Positions 15,531 through 31,826 are shown, counted from the stretch's first letter. The stretch is DNA of 64,000 nucleotides from Eledone cirrhosa (GCA_964016885.1 OZ024759.1:7626001-7690000), one strand, 5' to 3'. Program-made: numbers and translations. Notes: generated by a model from the letters alone, not told the origin.

Positions 15531-17765
15531 TATTTTTATATATATATATGTATATATTTATATATATATATATGTATATATTTATATATATATATATGTA
15601 TATATTTATATATATATATATGTATATATTTATATATATATATATATGTATATATTTATATATATATATATGTATATATTTATATATATATATATGTATA
15701 TATTTATATATATATATATGTATATATTTATATATATATATGTATATATTTATATATATATATATGTATATATTTATATATATATATGTATATATTTATA
15801 TATATATATGTATATATTTATATATATATATGTATATATTTGTATATATATATGTATATATTTGTATATATATATGTATATATTTATATATATATATGTA
15901 TATATTTGTATATATATGTATATATTTATATGTTTATATTTATATGTATATATGTATATATTTATATATATATGTATATATTTATATGTATATATTTATA
16001 TGTATATGTATATATTTATATATATATTTATATATATATTTATATATATATTTATATATATATGTATATATATGTATATATTTGTATATATATGTATATA
16101 TTTGTATATATTTGTATATATTTATGTATATATTTATATGTATATATTTATATATATATGTATATATATTTATATATATATGTATATATATGTATATATT
16201 TGTATATATATGTATATATTTGTATATATATGTATATATTTGTATATATTTATATATATATGTATATATTTATATATATATGATATATATGTATATATAT
16301 GTATATATTTGTATATATATGTATATATATGTATATATTTGTATATATTTGTATATATATGTATATATTTGTATATATTTATATATATATGTATATATTT
16401 ATATATATATGAATATATATGTATATATTTGTATATATATGTATATATTTGTATATATATGTATATATTTGTATATATTTGTATATATTTATATATATAT
16501 GTATATATTTATATATATATGTATATATATGTATATATTTATATATATATGTATATATATGTATATATTTATATATATATGTATATATATATGTATATAT
16601 TTATATATATATGTATATATATATGTATATATTATATATATGTATATATATGTATATATTTATATATATGTATATATTTATATATATGTATATATTTATA
16701 TATATGTATATATATGTATATATATGTATATATTTATATATATGTATATATATGTATATATATTTATATATATGTATATATATTTATATATATGTATATA
16801 TATTTATATATATGTATATATATTTATATATATTTATATATATGTATATATATTTATATATATTTATATATATGTATATATTTATATATATGTATATATT
16901 ATATATATATGTATATATTTATATATATATGTATATATATGTATATATTTATATATATATGTATATATATGTATATGTATATATTTATATATATATGTAT
17001 ATATATATATATGTATATGTATATATTTATATATGTATATGTATATATTTATATATATATGTATATATATGTATATATATATATTATATGTATATGTATA
17101 TATTTATATATATATATGTATATATATATATATGTATATGTATATATTTATATATATATGTATATGTATATATTTATATATATATGTATATATAATATGT
17201 ATATATATGTATGTATATATATATGTATATATAATATGTATATATTTATATATATATGTATATGTATATATTTATATATATATGTATATATATATATGTA
17301 TATATATGTATGTATATATATATGTATATATATATATGTATATATATATATGTATATATATATGTATATATATATATGTATATATATATATGTATATATA
17401 TATGTATATATATATATGTATATATATATGTATATATATATATGTATATATATATGTATATATATATATGTATATATTATATATATATGTATATATTAAT
17501 ATATATATATGTATATATTATATATGTATATATTTATATATATATATGTATATATTTATATAGATATATGTATATATTTATATAGATATATGTATATATT
17601 TATATATATACATGTATATATTTATATATATACATATATATATTTATATATATACATATATATGTATATATTTATATATTTATATATATATTTATATATA
17701 TATTTATATATTTATATATTTATATATATATGTATATATTTATATATATATATATATATATATGT
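15260..17765. repeat. (TA)n compound microsatellite with TATG/TTTA variants
   Basis: Read directly. Confidence 0.97.
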
Positions 17766-17897
17766 AGATAAATCTACCAAGAGTTTACGGTAGTGTCCAA
17801 TCCGTATGAAGAACTCAATGTAATCCGGATATCATGGAAAGAAGAGATGCATTCAAAAATCACTTTCGGTGAAAGAAAAACGGAATACAGAGTCAAG

Positions 17898-18299
17898 ATA
17901 AAATATTAAAAAAATAATGAATAAAACAATGAAACAGTTCCTTATATTAAACAAAAAAAGTTCATTATTTAACGATCGTTTCTAGGACATATATGTGTTG
18001 GAATTGGCATGCATATTCAAAAGATCTATGTACAAAATTATACAAACTATCAAAGAGAATATATACATACCAACACATATATATGCTGTCTTCAGAAATA
18101 TTTCTGAAGACAGCATATATATGTGTTGGTATGTATATTCTCTTTGATAGTTTGTATAATTTTGTACATAGATCTTTTGAATATGCATGCCAATTCCAAC
18201 ACATATATGTCCTAGAAACGATCGTTAAATAATGAACTTTTTTTGTTTAATATAAGGAACTGTTTCATTGTTTTATTCATTATTTTTTTAATATTTTAT
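17898..18299. repeat. Near-perfect palindrome of about 400 bp, no spacer, centre at 18099/18100
   Basis: Arms of about 202 and 200 bp; the only difference seen is one TA; centre gaaat|atttc. Confidence 0.95.
18099..18231 (+). ncRNA. Type I hammerhead ribozyme with a ~104-nt stem II domain (mirror copy at 17966-18100, minus strand)
   Basis: tattt CTGAAGA [cagcatatatatgtgttgg...ccaacacatatatgtccta] GAAAC GATC GTT aaata. Confidence 0.7.
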
Positions 18300-18544
18300 G
18301 TATATATTTATATATATATGTATATATTTATATATATGTGTATATATATGTATATATTTATATATATATGTATATATCTATATATATGTGTATATATATG
18401 TATATATTTATATATATATGTGTATATATTTATATATATATGTATATGTATGTATATATTTATATATGTATATGTATGTATATATTTATATATATATGTA
18501 TATGTATGTATATATTTATATATATATGTATGTATTTATATATA

Positions 18545-20955
18545 TCTCTTTTACTCTTTTACTCTTTTACCTGTTTCAGCCATCCGGCTGAGGCCATGCT
18601 GGGGCACCGCCCTTGTTGCTACACATTTTATCTCCAGCCTGTATAGGTTGGCCACTGGTGTAGGAGGGAGTTTGTTGCTGCTGCCCTTAGGTTTCCCTCG
18701 TGTCTTGCCGTGGGCTCATCCGGGATCCTGGATAACAAGGTGTCGAGATGTTTCTTAAAGACATCCACCTCCACGTCATGCAAGTCTCGCAGATGCCTCG
18801 GCAGCCTGTTGAAGAGTTGAGGGCCCTTGAATCCCAGGCTATTGCAATACCTGCTCCTTATTCTAGATGTGGAAGACGGGACCTTTGGCACCACACAGTG
18901 ACGTCCTGTTCGACGGTTGGTCCAGCTCCCAATGCCAAAGTTTGGTGCTAGTCCCTCCAGGATTTTCCACATGTAGATCACTGCGTATCTCTCCCGTCTT
19001 CGCTCCAAGGAGTAGAGGTTCAGTTCCTTCAGCCTCTCCCAGTAGCTTGTCTCCCTCATCTTGGCAATCCTCTTGGTGTAGCTTCGCTGGATTGCCTCAA
19101 GCTCTGTGGTTAGTTTGACACTATGGGGTGACCACAGCTGGGAGCAGTAGTCCAGGCGGCTTAGGACAAAAGTCCTCCACAGTGTCAACATGGTGTCTCG
19201 ATCTCTTGTAAGGAAAGTCCTCAAGATCCAGCCAGCGAATCGTCTACATGCTGTCGCCACCTTCATGATGTGTGAAGAAAAAGATGCATCATCGCTCATG
19301 TCTATGCCCAGGTCTCGTATCGATTTTGACACGGGGATATCGGTCCCTCCTGGTCCTGTGTAGCTGTGTTCCGCTATATTTGTGTTTGTGTTTGCAGGTT
19401 TGTATTGTAGGGCTTGGAATTTGCCAGCATTAAACTGCATGTTGTTTTCTTCCGCCCATCTGTATATGGCATCCAGATCCTGCTGTAAGAGGGCAGCGTC
19501 AGCCGGGTTTTTGATTGCCTGTGCTACCTTAGTGTCATCAGCATAGCTAGTGAGGGATGTTGTTGCATGCACCACAGAGGGCATGTCCGAGAGAGCCACC
19601 AAAAACAGTAGTGGTCCCAGGACTGTCCCCTGAGGCACCCCACTTGTTATCGGTGTTTCCCTCGAGAGGGCCCCATTTGCTGCGACTGCCTGGCTTCTGT
19701 CCCTCAGGAAGCCATGCAGCCACTCACCTACTTTTCCAGTTATGCCGAGTCCGTGTAGTTTGTGACATATCATTCCGTGGTCGACCTTGTCAAAGGCCTT
19801 CGCAAAGTCAAGATATATCACGTCTACATGTGAGCTGTCTAGTAGCTGTCTCAGTACCCAGTCGTAGTGATGTAGCAGCTGTGTAAGGCAGCTTCTTCCT
19901 GGGCGGAAGCCATGTTGCGTGCTAGTCAGGCGGTCATTTTCTTCGAGGAAAGTGATTAGTTTCTTTCTGACGACTCGCTCCATGACCTTACTGATATGCG
20001 ACGTCAGGGAGACTGGCCTATAGTTCTTGGCCTCCGCTCTACTACCTCCTTTATGGATAGGGCATATTGTGCCTTCTTTCAGCTCCCTGGGTAGTACACC
20101 GCTAGCCAAGGAGCTTCTGAAGAGCATCTTCAGTGGAGTTGCTAAGGCCCGCTTACATATTTTTAGGAGAACTGCTGGGAATCCATCAGGTCCAGCAGCC
20201 GAGTCTGTTCTAATTTCATCAATGGCGTACACCACATCCTCCTCCGTTATGTCTATGTGGTTGATGGTTGCCATTTCTTGATGTAGTGTTGTGGCATCAA
20301 AGAACTCCTCTGGCTTCGTTATTTGCATGTGCCTCAGTGGACATGTGAAGACACTTTTGTACTGTTCGTTCAGTATTTCACATATCTCTTGGGGATTTTC
20401 GGTTAATGAACCGTCCGTGTGGAAGAGTGGTCCAATCTTGCAGTGTACTGAGGCAGTTTCTTTTGCAAATTTAAAGAAGGCCTTAGGGTTTGTTTTAATG
20501 TTTTCTATGGCCCTGTTCTCTTTCCTTGCCCTCTCATTCTCATGTGAAAGCTTGAGTGCAATCTCGGTGTCAAGTAGTGCACGTTTCAAATAGGATTCCT
20601 TCTTGTTTTGGTTTTGTTGACTATTCAACTGGTTTGAGAGTTTAGTTCTACGTCTCATAAGGATTTTCCTATCTCTGGGAATAAGATTTTTGTGTCTGTT
20701 TGCCTCTTTCTCCGGGACACACTTTTTGCATATGGTGTGTATCGTTGTCATGAAGTGTTGAAATTGTGTGTTAGTGTCTTGTGTGGCGATGTTTGCACTC
20801 CATGTTTGCTTCCGGATTTCACTCTTAATCTTCTTCCAGTCAGCCCCGTAGAAGTTAAGGCTGGATAGCGTCCCGGAGCTTCTTGGTGGTTTTGTCTCTG
20901 TTGGTTCTCTTGGACCACATATCATTAGCTCTACCAAGTTATGATCCGAGAGAAT
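18545..20955 (-). mobile_element. 5'-truncated CR1-group (Zenon-like) LINE with 3' stem-loop and (GTAAAAGA)n tail
   Basis: Open RT ORF; 3' end caaggcggtgccccagcatggcctcagccggatggctgaaacag followed by gtaaaaga repeats. Confidence 0.88.
18628..20937 (-). CDS. LINE ORF2 reverse transcriptase, 769 aa uninterrupted; the APE domain is lost by truncation
   Basis: [65 protein letters not shown]. Confidence 0.88.
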   Translation of the reverse strand: MVELMICGPREPTETKPPRSSGTLSSLNFYGADWKKIKSEIRKQTWSANIATQDTNTQFQHFMTTIHTICKKCVPEKEANRHKNLIPRDRKILMRRRTKLSNQLNSQQNQNKKESYLKRALLDTEIALKLSHENERARKENRAIENIKTNPKAFFKFAKETASVHCKIGPLFHTDGSLTENPQEICEILNEQYKSVFTCPLRHMQITKPEEFFDATTLHQEMATINHIDITEEDVVYAIDEIRTDSAAGPDGFPAVLLKICKRALATPLKMLFRSSLASGVLPRELKEGTICPIHKGGSRAEAKNYRPVSLTSHISKVMERVVRKKLITFLEENDRLTSTQHGFRPGRSCLTQLLHHYDWVLRQLLDSSHVDVIYLDFAKAFDKVDHGMICHKLHGLGITGKVGEWLHGFLRDRSQAVAANGALSRETPITSGVPQGTVLGPLLFLVALSDMPSVVHATTSLTSYADDTKVAQAIKNPADAALLQQDLDAIYRWAEENNMQFNAGKFQALQYKPANTNTNIAEHSYTGPGGTDIPVSKSIRDLGIDMSDDASFSSHIMKVATACRRFAGWILRTFLTRDRDTMLTLWRTFVLSRLDYCSQLWSPHSVKLTTELEAIQRSYTKRIAKMRETSYWERLKELNLYSLERRRERYAVIYMWKILEGLAPNFGIGSWTNRRTGRHCVVPKVPSSTSRIRSRYCNSLGFKGPQLFNRLPRHLRDLHDVEVDVFKKHLDTLLSRIPDEPTARHEGNLRAAATNSLLHQWPTYTGWR

Positions 20956-22178
20956 ATGTGTATATATTTATATATATATGTATGTATTTATATATATGTG
21001 TATATATTTATATATATATGTATGTATTTATATATATGTGTATATATTTAAATATATGTGTATATATTTATATATATGTGTATATATTTAAATATATGTG
21101 TATATATTTATATATATATGTATATATTTATATATATATGTATATATTTATATATATATGTATATATTTATATATATATGTATATATTTATATATATATG
21201 TATATATTTATATATATATGTATATATTTATATATATATGTATATATTTATATATATGTATGTATATATTTATATATATGTATGTATATATTTATATACA
21301 TATGTGTATATATTTATATATATATGTATATATTTATATATGTATGTATTTATATATATGTGTATATATTTATATATATATGTATATATTTATATTTATA
21401 TATATATTTATATTTATATATATATTTATATATATATGTATATATTTATATATATATGTATATATTTATATATATATGTATATATATGTATATATTTATA
21501 TATATATGTATATATTTATATATATATGTATATATTTATATATATATGTATATATTTATATATATATGTATATATTTATATGTATATATATGTATATATG
21601 TATATATATATGTATATATTTATGTATATATATATGTATATATTTATGTATATATATATGTATATATGTATATATATATGTATATATTTATGTATATATA
21701 TATGTATATATATATGTATATATATATGTATATATTTATGTATATATATATGTATATATATATATGTATATATTTATGTATATATTTATGTATATATTTA
21801 TGTATATATTTATGTATATATTTATGTATATATATATGTATATATATATGTATATATTTATGTATATATTTATGTATATATATATGTATATATATATGTA
21901 TATATTTATGTGTATATATTTATGTATATATTTATGTATATATATATGTATATATTTATGTATATATATATGTATATATATATGTATATATTTATGTATA
22001 TATTTATGTATATATATATGTATATATTTATGTATATATATATGTATATATTTATGTATATATATGTATATATATGTATATATATATGTATATATATGTA
22101 TATATATATGTATATATATGTATATATATATGTATATATATATGTATATATATGTATATATATATATGTATATATTTG

Positions 22179-22210
<32 letters not shown>

Positions 22211-22568
22211 TGTATATATTTGTATATATGTATATGTATATATTTGTATATATGTATATATATGTATGTATATATATGTATATTTGTATATATGTATATA
22301 TATGTATGTATATATATGTATATATATATATATGTATGTATATATTTGTATGTATATATTTGTATATATATATTTGTATATATATATATGTATATGTATA
22401 TATTTGTATATATGTATATATATATATGTATATATATGTATATATTTGTATGTATATATTTGTATATATATATATGTATATATATATATATGTATATATT
22501 TGTATGTATATAGTTGTATATATATATTTGTATATATATATGTATATATTTGTATATATATATATATG

Positions 22569-22599
<31 letters not shown>

Positions 22600-22802
22600 A
22601 TATGTATATGTATATATATGTATGTATATATGTATGTATATATATATGTATATATATGTATGTATATATATATATGTATATATATGTATGTATATATATA
22701 TATATGTATATATATATGTATGTATATATGTATATATGTATGTATATTTATGTATGTATATATGTATGTATATATATGTATGTATGTATATATATATATA
22801 TG

Positions 22803-22852
<50 letters not shown>

Positions 22853-22858
22853 TATATG

Positions 22859-22894
<36 letters not shown>

Positions 22895-23060
22895 TATGTA
22901 TATATATATATGTATATATATATATGTATATATGTATATATATATATGTATATATATATATGTATATATATATATGTATATATATATATGTATATATATA
23001 TATGTATATATATATATGTATATATATATATGTATATATATATATATGTATATGTATATG

Positions 23061-23113
<53 letters not shown>

Positions 23114-23114
23114 G

Positions 23115-23165
<51 letters not shown>

Positions 23166-23192
23166 GTATATATATATATGTATATATATATA
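20956..23192. repeat. (TA)n compound microsatellite
   Basis: Read directly. Confidence 0.97.
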
Positions 23193-23793
23193 TGTCACCA
23201 GTTGGTGCTACTGGTAACATGTATCCCAGTACAACCTGTCTCATGGTCGGGTCGTTGGCGACTAAACTGGCAACCCCACCAAGGTTTCTTGGTGAGGAGG
23301 GTGACTTTGGACATCCTGCAGGACTAAAAACAAAACCTGTCAAAGGGCAAAGGAGCTCTTAAGAGTCAATGGCCATCCAAAATCACCGGGAGAGATGACC
23401 CCTTAGCCTTTGTCAAGGCAGAATTCTAGGAGAAGGAAAACTCTGATATAACACCTGCAACCCTGATGGTATCCAATGATGTTGACTTGTTCTTCTTTTT
23501 GGTAAATATCATCTTGGTTAAGAGAGTGGGACTGGCTTTGTGCAGTGCCTTTGCTCACTATAAAAGCTTCACGGCACAGGCATTGCTTTATATCTGGAGA
23601 TCTCTCTGCACTTGTCACATGGTACCATGGGCCCAGCACTATGTGTCAATAATTGTCACAAGTGTAGTCTTTGTACCAGAGTTTTCAAGTCCCTGGCTGG
23701 ACTAAAAAGTCACACTCGTTCAGCGCATCAGTAGGGGTTCTCCTACATGGATATAAAGTAGTGGCTGTACTCGAAAACGAGTTGGCAGCCACC
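23193..23793 (+). mobile_element. Non-coding interspersed element of about 600 bp (second copy at 44313-44899, related part at 41714-41912)
   Basis: Highly similar inverted copy with nearly the same termini; both copies are flanked by TA tracts. Confidence 0.8.
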
Positions 23794-24044
23794 ATATATA
23801 TATGTATATATATATATGTATATATGTATATGTATATATATATATGTATATGTATATATATATATGTATATATATATATGTATATATGTATATGTATATA
23901 TATATATGTATATATATATATGTATATATATATATGTATATATGTATATGTATATATATATATGTATATATATATATGTATATATATATATGTATATATA
24001 TATATGTATATATATATATGTATATATGTATATGTATATATATG

Positions 24045-24075
<31 letters not shown>

Positions 24076-24122
24076 GTATATGTATATGTATATATATGTA
24101 TATATGTATATGTATATATATG

Positions 24123-24177
<55 letters not shown>

Positions 24178-24310
24178 GTATATGTATATATATATATGTA
24201 TATATGTATATGTATATATATATATGTATATATACATATGTATATATATATATATATATACATATGTATATATATATATACATATGTATATATATATATA
24301 TATAATATAT
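23794..24310. repeat. (TA)n/(TATATG)n microsatellite
   Basis: Read directly. Confidence 0.95.
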
Positions 24311-24359
24311 CATCATCATCATCATCGTTTAATGTCCATCTTCCACGCTAGCATGGGTT

Positions 24360-24622
24360 AGAAATAAATGCCATTGTTAAATAATAAATAAATCAACTAA
24401 TACCTTAACACTTCACACAAAGTAAAACATTTCGTTTTAATCATTTTCTAACCCAGAAAAAAGAGAGAGAGAAATAAAAAAGGAAAAAAAAATATTTTTC
24501 TTCCTTTTTTGTTTCTCTCTTTTTTCTGGGTTAGAAAATGATTAAAACGAAATGTTTTACTTTGTGTGAAGTGTTAAGGTATTAGTTGATTTATTTCTTA
24601 TTTAACAATGGCATTTATTTCT
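24360..24622. repeat. Palindrome of about 260 bp centred on aatatt near 24493
   Basis: agaaataaatgccattg...aaggaaaaaaaaat | attttttcttcc...caatggcatttatttct. Confidence 0.9.
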
Positions 24623-24691
24623 CTATTTATCTATTTAATAATTGTCTATTACCGGTTTCAGCATTTTTATGCATTATCAAATGATAGTGAA

Positions 24692-25165
24692 ATGTATTAG
24701 TGTGGTGTCACATGTATTAGTGTGGTGTCACACATGTATTAGTGTGGTGTCACACATGTATTAGTGTGGTGTCACACATGTATTAGTGTGGTGTCACACA
24801 TGTATTAGTGTGGTGTCACATGTATTAGTGTGGTGTCACATGTATTAGTGTGGTGTCACATGTATTAGTGTGGTGTCACACATGTATTAGTGTGGTGTCA
24901 CACATGTATGAGTGTGGTGTCACATGTATGAGTGTGGTGTCACATGTATGAGTGTGGTGTCACACATGTATTAGTGTGGTGTCACACATGTATTAGTGTG
25001 GTGTCACACATGTATTAGTGTGGTGTCACACATGTATTAGTGTGGTGTAACACATGTATTAGTGTGGTGTCACACATGTATTAGTGTGGTGTCACACATG
25101 TATTAGTGTGGTGTCACATATATTAGTGTGGTGTCACACATGTATTAGTGTGGTGTCACACATGT
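24692..25165. repeat. 19/21-bp minisatellite ATGTATTAGTGTGGTGTCAC(AC)
   Basis: About 23 tandem copies. Confidence 0.95.
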
Positions 25166-25358
25166 TAAACAGAAGGTGCAGAACGAATAATGTTATATAC
25201 AAACAAGGTTTATGAAGTGAAAAGAAAAGAGAAAAAGAAGACGGGCATAATATATATATATATAACCAAAGATTACTATGGTTCGTTGATTACTAAACGA
25301 ATACAGTTTTACAATAGATTAGAAGCACTCAACCGAAAAGTTTTCCTGGAATTTTTAA

Positions 25359-25690
25359 TATTATTCGAAATGTTATCAAAAGAAAAATATTCGCATAATC
25401 AAAATATATACTTTATTATATATATTTCAAAGGTACTGTGTTGTTTTTTCAGTACGTCCTCATCAGATAAAATATATGATTTGATATATGACATACCGCT
25501 ATGGTCTTGATTATTCAATTGATTGCCAATAATGGAATTGAATAATCAAGACTGTAGCGGTATGTCATATATCAAATCATATATTTTGTCTGATGAGGAC
25601 GTACTGAAAAAACAATACAGTACCTTTGAAATATATATAATAAAGTATATATTTTGATTATGCGAATATTTGTCTTTTGTTAACATTTTG

Positions 25691-25696
<6 letters not shown>
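25359..25696. repeat. Inverted repeat with ~160-bp arms and ~15-bp spacer; each arm carries a hammerhead motif
   Basis: ...gtcttgattattcaatt gattgccaataatgg aattgaataatcaagac... Confidence 0.9.
25412..25471 (-). ncRNA. Type I hammerhead motif (mirror copy at 25585-25644, plus strand)
   Basis: tttat CTGATGA ggacgtactg aaaaaacaaca cagtaccttt GAAA TATAT ATA ataaa. Confidence 0.62.
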
Positions 25697-25737
<41 letters not shown>

Positions 25738-25785
25738 GCCAGTGTGGTTCAATAGCAAGTTAATAAATTAACAAGCCAGTACATA

Positions 25786-25941
25786 TAAAATCAAGGGAGT
25801 TTAAACACAGAAAATATCTCAAAAAATAATAATAAATAATTAAATTCCAAAAAATATAGTAACTACAGGAAATTTTTTGGGATTTAATTATTTATTATTA
25901 TTTTTTGAGATATTTTCTGTGTTTACACTCCCTTGATTTTA
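25786..25941. repeat. Inverted repeat with ~70-bp arms
   Basis: taaaatcaagggag...ccaaaaaat / attttttggg...ctcccttgatttta. Confidence 0.85.
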
Positions 25942-26235
25942 ATATATATATATATATAATATATATATATATATATAATATATATATAATATATGTTATA
26001 TATATATTATATATATATATATATATATAATATATATATATATATATAAATATAATATATGTTATATAATATATATATATATAAATATAATATATGTTAT
26101 ATATATATAATATATGTTATATATATATTATATATATATATATATATTATATATATATATATATATTATATATATATATAAAAATAACAAAATAAGATGC
26201 TGAGGTTAAATATATTGTTTAATCATAATAATTAT

Positions 26236-29200
26236 TTCCACGTTAGTATGGGTTAGACAGGAGTTGTCCCACTTGAGGCAAGGTTGGTCGGGTGACCATG
26301 TCTCGCTCATATAGGACTGTCTGGCAGGTTTTCTACGGCTGGATGCCCTTCCTAACACCAACCACATTTACAGTGTGGAACTGGGAACTTTTTACCTTGT
26401 TACCTACACGGCCACATTACAGCGTGGACTGTGTGTTTTTTTGTCGTGACACCTACACGATCTCGATCTCATTATTTTATTTGTTTGGACTGGATGTTGT
26501 GGTACCAACTTTACAGAGAGAGGGTGGTGTTGGTGGGAGTGGGAGGATAGGGTAGGGGAAGTGGATTGGGGTGTATATTTGATTAAGAGGTGCCTACTGA
26601 CTGTAGGTTTCACTTTGTACATAGACAAGGCAGGTCTTCTGTATTACTGCGTAGCGCCAAAGATCTCGGTCCAGTGACATTGTCTTGGAGAGGTGCAAAT
26701 GTGTGAGGTCGGAATTTATCAAATCGTCCCAGATTTTTCTGGGTCTACCTACTCCGTAACTTCCATCAATTTTGATCGCCCTGCACTTTTTTATACAGCT
26801 GTCGTCTTTCATGCACATCACGTGGCCATACCAACATCGTCTTCTCTCAAGTAAACAGCATCTGATCCCTCTTATTCCTAATTTCTCACTTAGTTCATTT
26901 ATGCTTTGCCGTTCATGTATATTACTATTACACATCCAGCGGAGCATGCAAGCTTCGTTCCTTTCCAGTCTGTGCAGGTCCTCTGCACACAATGCCCATG
27001 TCTCACTGCCATGTAGCATTGCTGTTCATATACAGGCATCATACAGCCTGCCTTTCATTTTTAGAGAGAAAACTTTAGCGGCCAATAGTGGTATAAGCTC
27101 TCTGAACTTTTTCCATCCCGTTCTGACTCTGGCTACTGTACTTTCAGAGCACCCTCCACCACTGCTGATTTTGTCACCCAGGTTACGGAAAGTGTCCACT
27201 ATTTCTATAGAACCATCTGGGCAATAGAAGGAGCTAGTGTCCTGTGGGCACTTGCTACTTATTGCACCTGAGCATCGGCCACATATAAAATCTACGTTCT
27301 TAGATAGCTTACCTGTGATCCCACTACATGTTTTATGTACCCATAGTTTGCATTTGGGACATAAAATGGAATTTCTGCCTACTCCTTTCCTACACACTGA
27401 GCATGGCCATTTCCCAGAGAGAACCCGTGCCTTATTTCCCTTTCTACATACTAGAACTTTAAGGCCTTTTGATTCTAGGCCATGCTTCTATGTTTGGAAT
27501 TTCTTCTCCATTTCAGCCATACATTCAGCTATGAGAGTTAGATCATCTGCATATAGAACTTTCCATGGGCAGCCGGTCTTGAACTCCTCTGTTATAGACT
27601 GAAGTATAAATAGGAGGGGGCTAAGGACAGAACATTGATGAACACCAACTTTTAAACTAAATTCTTCACTATATTCATTGTTAATTATAACCTTGCTGAC
27701 TGTTTCTTTATACATGGCTTGTATAGCTCTCACAAGCCACTCATCTACACCTAGTTTTCTAAGGGCCCACCAGATAATGGAGCAGGTGACTCTGTCAAAG
27801 GCTTTCTCCAAGTCAACAAAAGCTAAGTAGAGGGGTTTACCTTTAGCTAGGTACTTCTCCTGTAGTTGCCATACAAGGGGGAGAGCATCTGTGGTTCTTT
27901 TACCTGACACAAACCCGAACTGCATTTCATCTAGATCAATTCGCTCTCTGATTAGTTGCGCTATAACTCTTTCTGTGACCTTCATGACCTGGTCAACTAA
28001 CTTAATGCCTCTAGTTTCCCCTATCTAGAGCATCTCATTTACCCTTGTAGCAGTTAATGATGATGCTGCTACGCCAGTCATTTGGTATGACCCCATTCTG
28101 TATTACTTGGTTAACTATACGGGTGACCATAGTATGTCCCACCATTCCAGATGCCTTCAACATCTCAGCAACTATTTCCGAAGGCCCAGTTGCCTTGCCT
28201 GTCTTCATATCTCTGATTGCCTTACTTACTATACTACCTTTAACTTGCACTGCTGGTCCCTCTATTAGATCGATTTGGGGCAGACTATCTTTTTCCCATT
28301 TATTCTCCTCATTTAGTAGTCTCTCGTAGTGACACTTCCAAGCTATCTTCTTATCAGCATCAGTGAGGGCAAGTACACCGTTATCATTATGGACACACTT
28401 CTCCCCGACAATATCATTGTTTTCCTTGACACAGTGTCTTGCAATTTTGAACACCTCACGTTGTAGAACATGCTTGAACTTTTTCTCCTCTGCTTCTCTT
28501 CTTGCAAAGTACACTTGTCCCCTAGCTTCTCTCCTGGCCACTTGATAGTGTTCTCTACTTACCCCAACCCGCCATACTTTCAAAGCCTGCTTTTTGGCCT
28601 TGATTGTCTCCTCCAACTTACTGTTCCACCACCACGTTACTCTCCTCCTGCCTATAGGCCTGCTCCAACCACAGACTTCATCTGCTGCCATCAGCAGGTT
28701 TGCTTTCAGGAATTCCCACTGTTCCTCTATATTGCACGTCTCTAATTGCTCTTCCTTACTGTCAAAAGCATCAAGTAATATGCTTTTAAATTTGTCACTG
28801 GCTGTGTGGTCCTTTAACTTCCATATTCTTCTCGTCAAAGTATTCCTCCTCTGCCGTCGTGTACGTCTTGTCCTGACTATGAGGTCACTAACTACTAGAC
28901 TATGTTGGGAGGTGCATTCTTCACAGGGGAGGGATTTAGTGTTTACAACAGATACTTTGTCACGTCTTCTGGTAAGGATATAATCTACCTGGCTGGTGCG
29001 TTCCCTTGATCTATAGGTGATCAAGTGATTGTCCTGTTTTTTGAAGTTTGTGTTACAGATAGTGAGGTTATTTGCGTCACAGAATTCCAGGATTCTGGAG
29101 CCTTCCTCATTTCTATTTCCAACCCCATAGCCTCCATGGATTCCATCATAGCCATCACTATGTTGTCCAACGTGACTGTTTAGATCGCCAGCTATAGTTA

Positions 29201-29506
29201 TGCAGTTACTGACGGTTATTTGGGAGGTAGTGTATATTAGCATCTCATAGAACCCGTCCTTTATAACGTCAGGTAAACCAGATTGGGGTGCATAAGCGGA
29301 TATTATTGTCACAGTAGTTCTATTTAGAACTAGTTTTATTTTAATTATTCTGTCATTCACTCTATTTACGTCATTACCTTATCTACCCATTATTCAGCTA
29401 ACATAATTCCTACACCACCCTGTTCGTTGTCTTTTCCCACCCAGAAAAGTTTATAGCATCGTTTTTTACCCACAATGAATCTAGCAGACCCACCCCTCCA
29501 CCTAGG
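26236..29506 (-). mobile_element. Degenerate RTE (BovB-like) LINE, family A: APE and RT, with a long 3' UTR
   Basis: SAYAPQ, AGDLN, DYIL (28035-29360); FVDLEKAFDRV and YADD (27488-27985); LHGSETW and GRPRK (26594-27019); several frameshifts. Confidence 0.92.
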
Positions 29507-29611
29507 GTAGTAGAGTGGGTAATATGAAAAGAGTCAGGATCCTGACAGCTAAGCTGTGGCCGTTTCGATAGCTAGGTCCGAACTGAGTTCAGAGCTTTTG
29601 CTCCTGACTCT

Positions 29612-30750
<1,139 letters not shown>

Positions 30751-31756
30751 AATAAACATATGAAACAATCACAGGGAATAATTTGTAAAGTGTGTAAGCA
30801 CACACAGCTAGGTAGGTAACTAATTACAGTTTAACTAGAACTTCAAATATAGATTAGATACCTTTTAAAATGATTAATCTCCTTTGTATATATTTCTTTA
30901 AGTAAAAAATATATTTCACCAATTAATCGGTAAATCACAGCAGTCAAATCTCGGATGGTCACCAAAGGAGATGATCCAACCATCTGCGTTTACACAGCAA
31001 ATGCAAATCTGAGAATGACTCGAACCACGTGTTGCATTTAAAAAAAAAATACACGCATCGTACAGCGTCATCCCAGTGGCGTGAATAGGATTATTGACAG
31101 CTAGAAATAGCAGCCGAGTCTATTCAACTGAGTTAACTCTACAATTAAGTGGCCGTATATATATTCAAAATTAAATTAAGGGTTGTCATGTCTGAGAGAC
31201 ATGCGCCATATCCACTGCAGAATAAGCTCAAAGATTCCAATGAATAGATCCAGGCATTTTATATCAACTAGAAATAGATTGACATATATATATATCTATC
31301 TAAAATAAACATATGAAACAATTACAGGGAATAATTTGTAAAGTGCATAAGCATACATAGCTAGGTAGGTAACTAATCAAAGTTTAATTAGAGCTTCAAA
31401 TATAGATACCTTTTAAAATGATTAATCTCCTTTGTATATATTTCTTTAAGTAATATAATCGGTAAATCACAGAAGTCAAATCCTGGATGGTCACCAAAGG
31501 AGATTAATCATTTTAAAAGGTATCGATATTTGAAGCTCTAGTTAAACTTTAAATAGTTACCTACCTAGCTATGTGTGCCTACACACTTTACAAATTATTC
31601 CCTGTGATTGTTTCATATGTTTATTTTAGATATATATATGTCAATCTATTTCTAGTTGATATAAAATGCCTGGATCTATTCATTGGAATCTTTGAGCTTA
31701 TTCTGCAGTGGATATGGTGCATGTCTCTCAGACATGACAACCCTTAATTTAATTTT

Positions 31757-31826
<70 letters not shown>

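Noticed and set aside
18560-18610. Hammerhead-like hairpin plus GAAACAGGTA on the minus strand
   Set aside because: No CUGANGA; it is the LINE 3' stem-loop
23193-23400. HDV-like ribozyme at the start of the 600-bp element
   Set aside because: P3/L3 and J4/2 could not be placed by eye
24692-25165. CRISPR-like or telomere-like array
   Set aside because: Plain tandem minisatellite with no spacers and no TTAGGG
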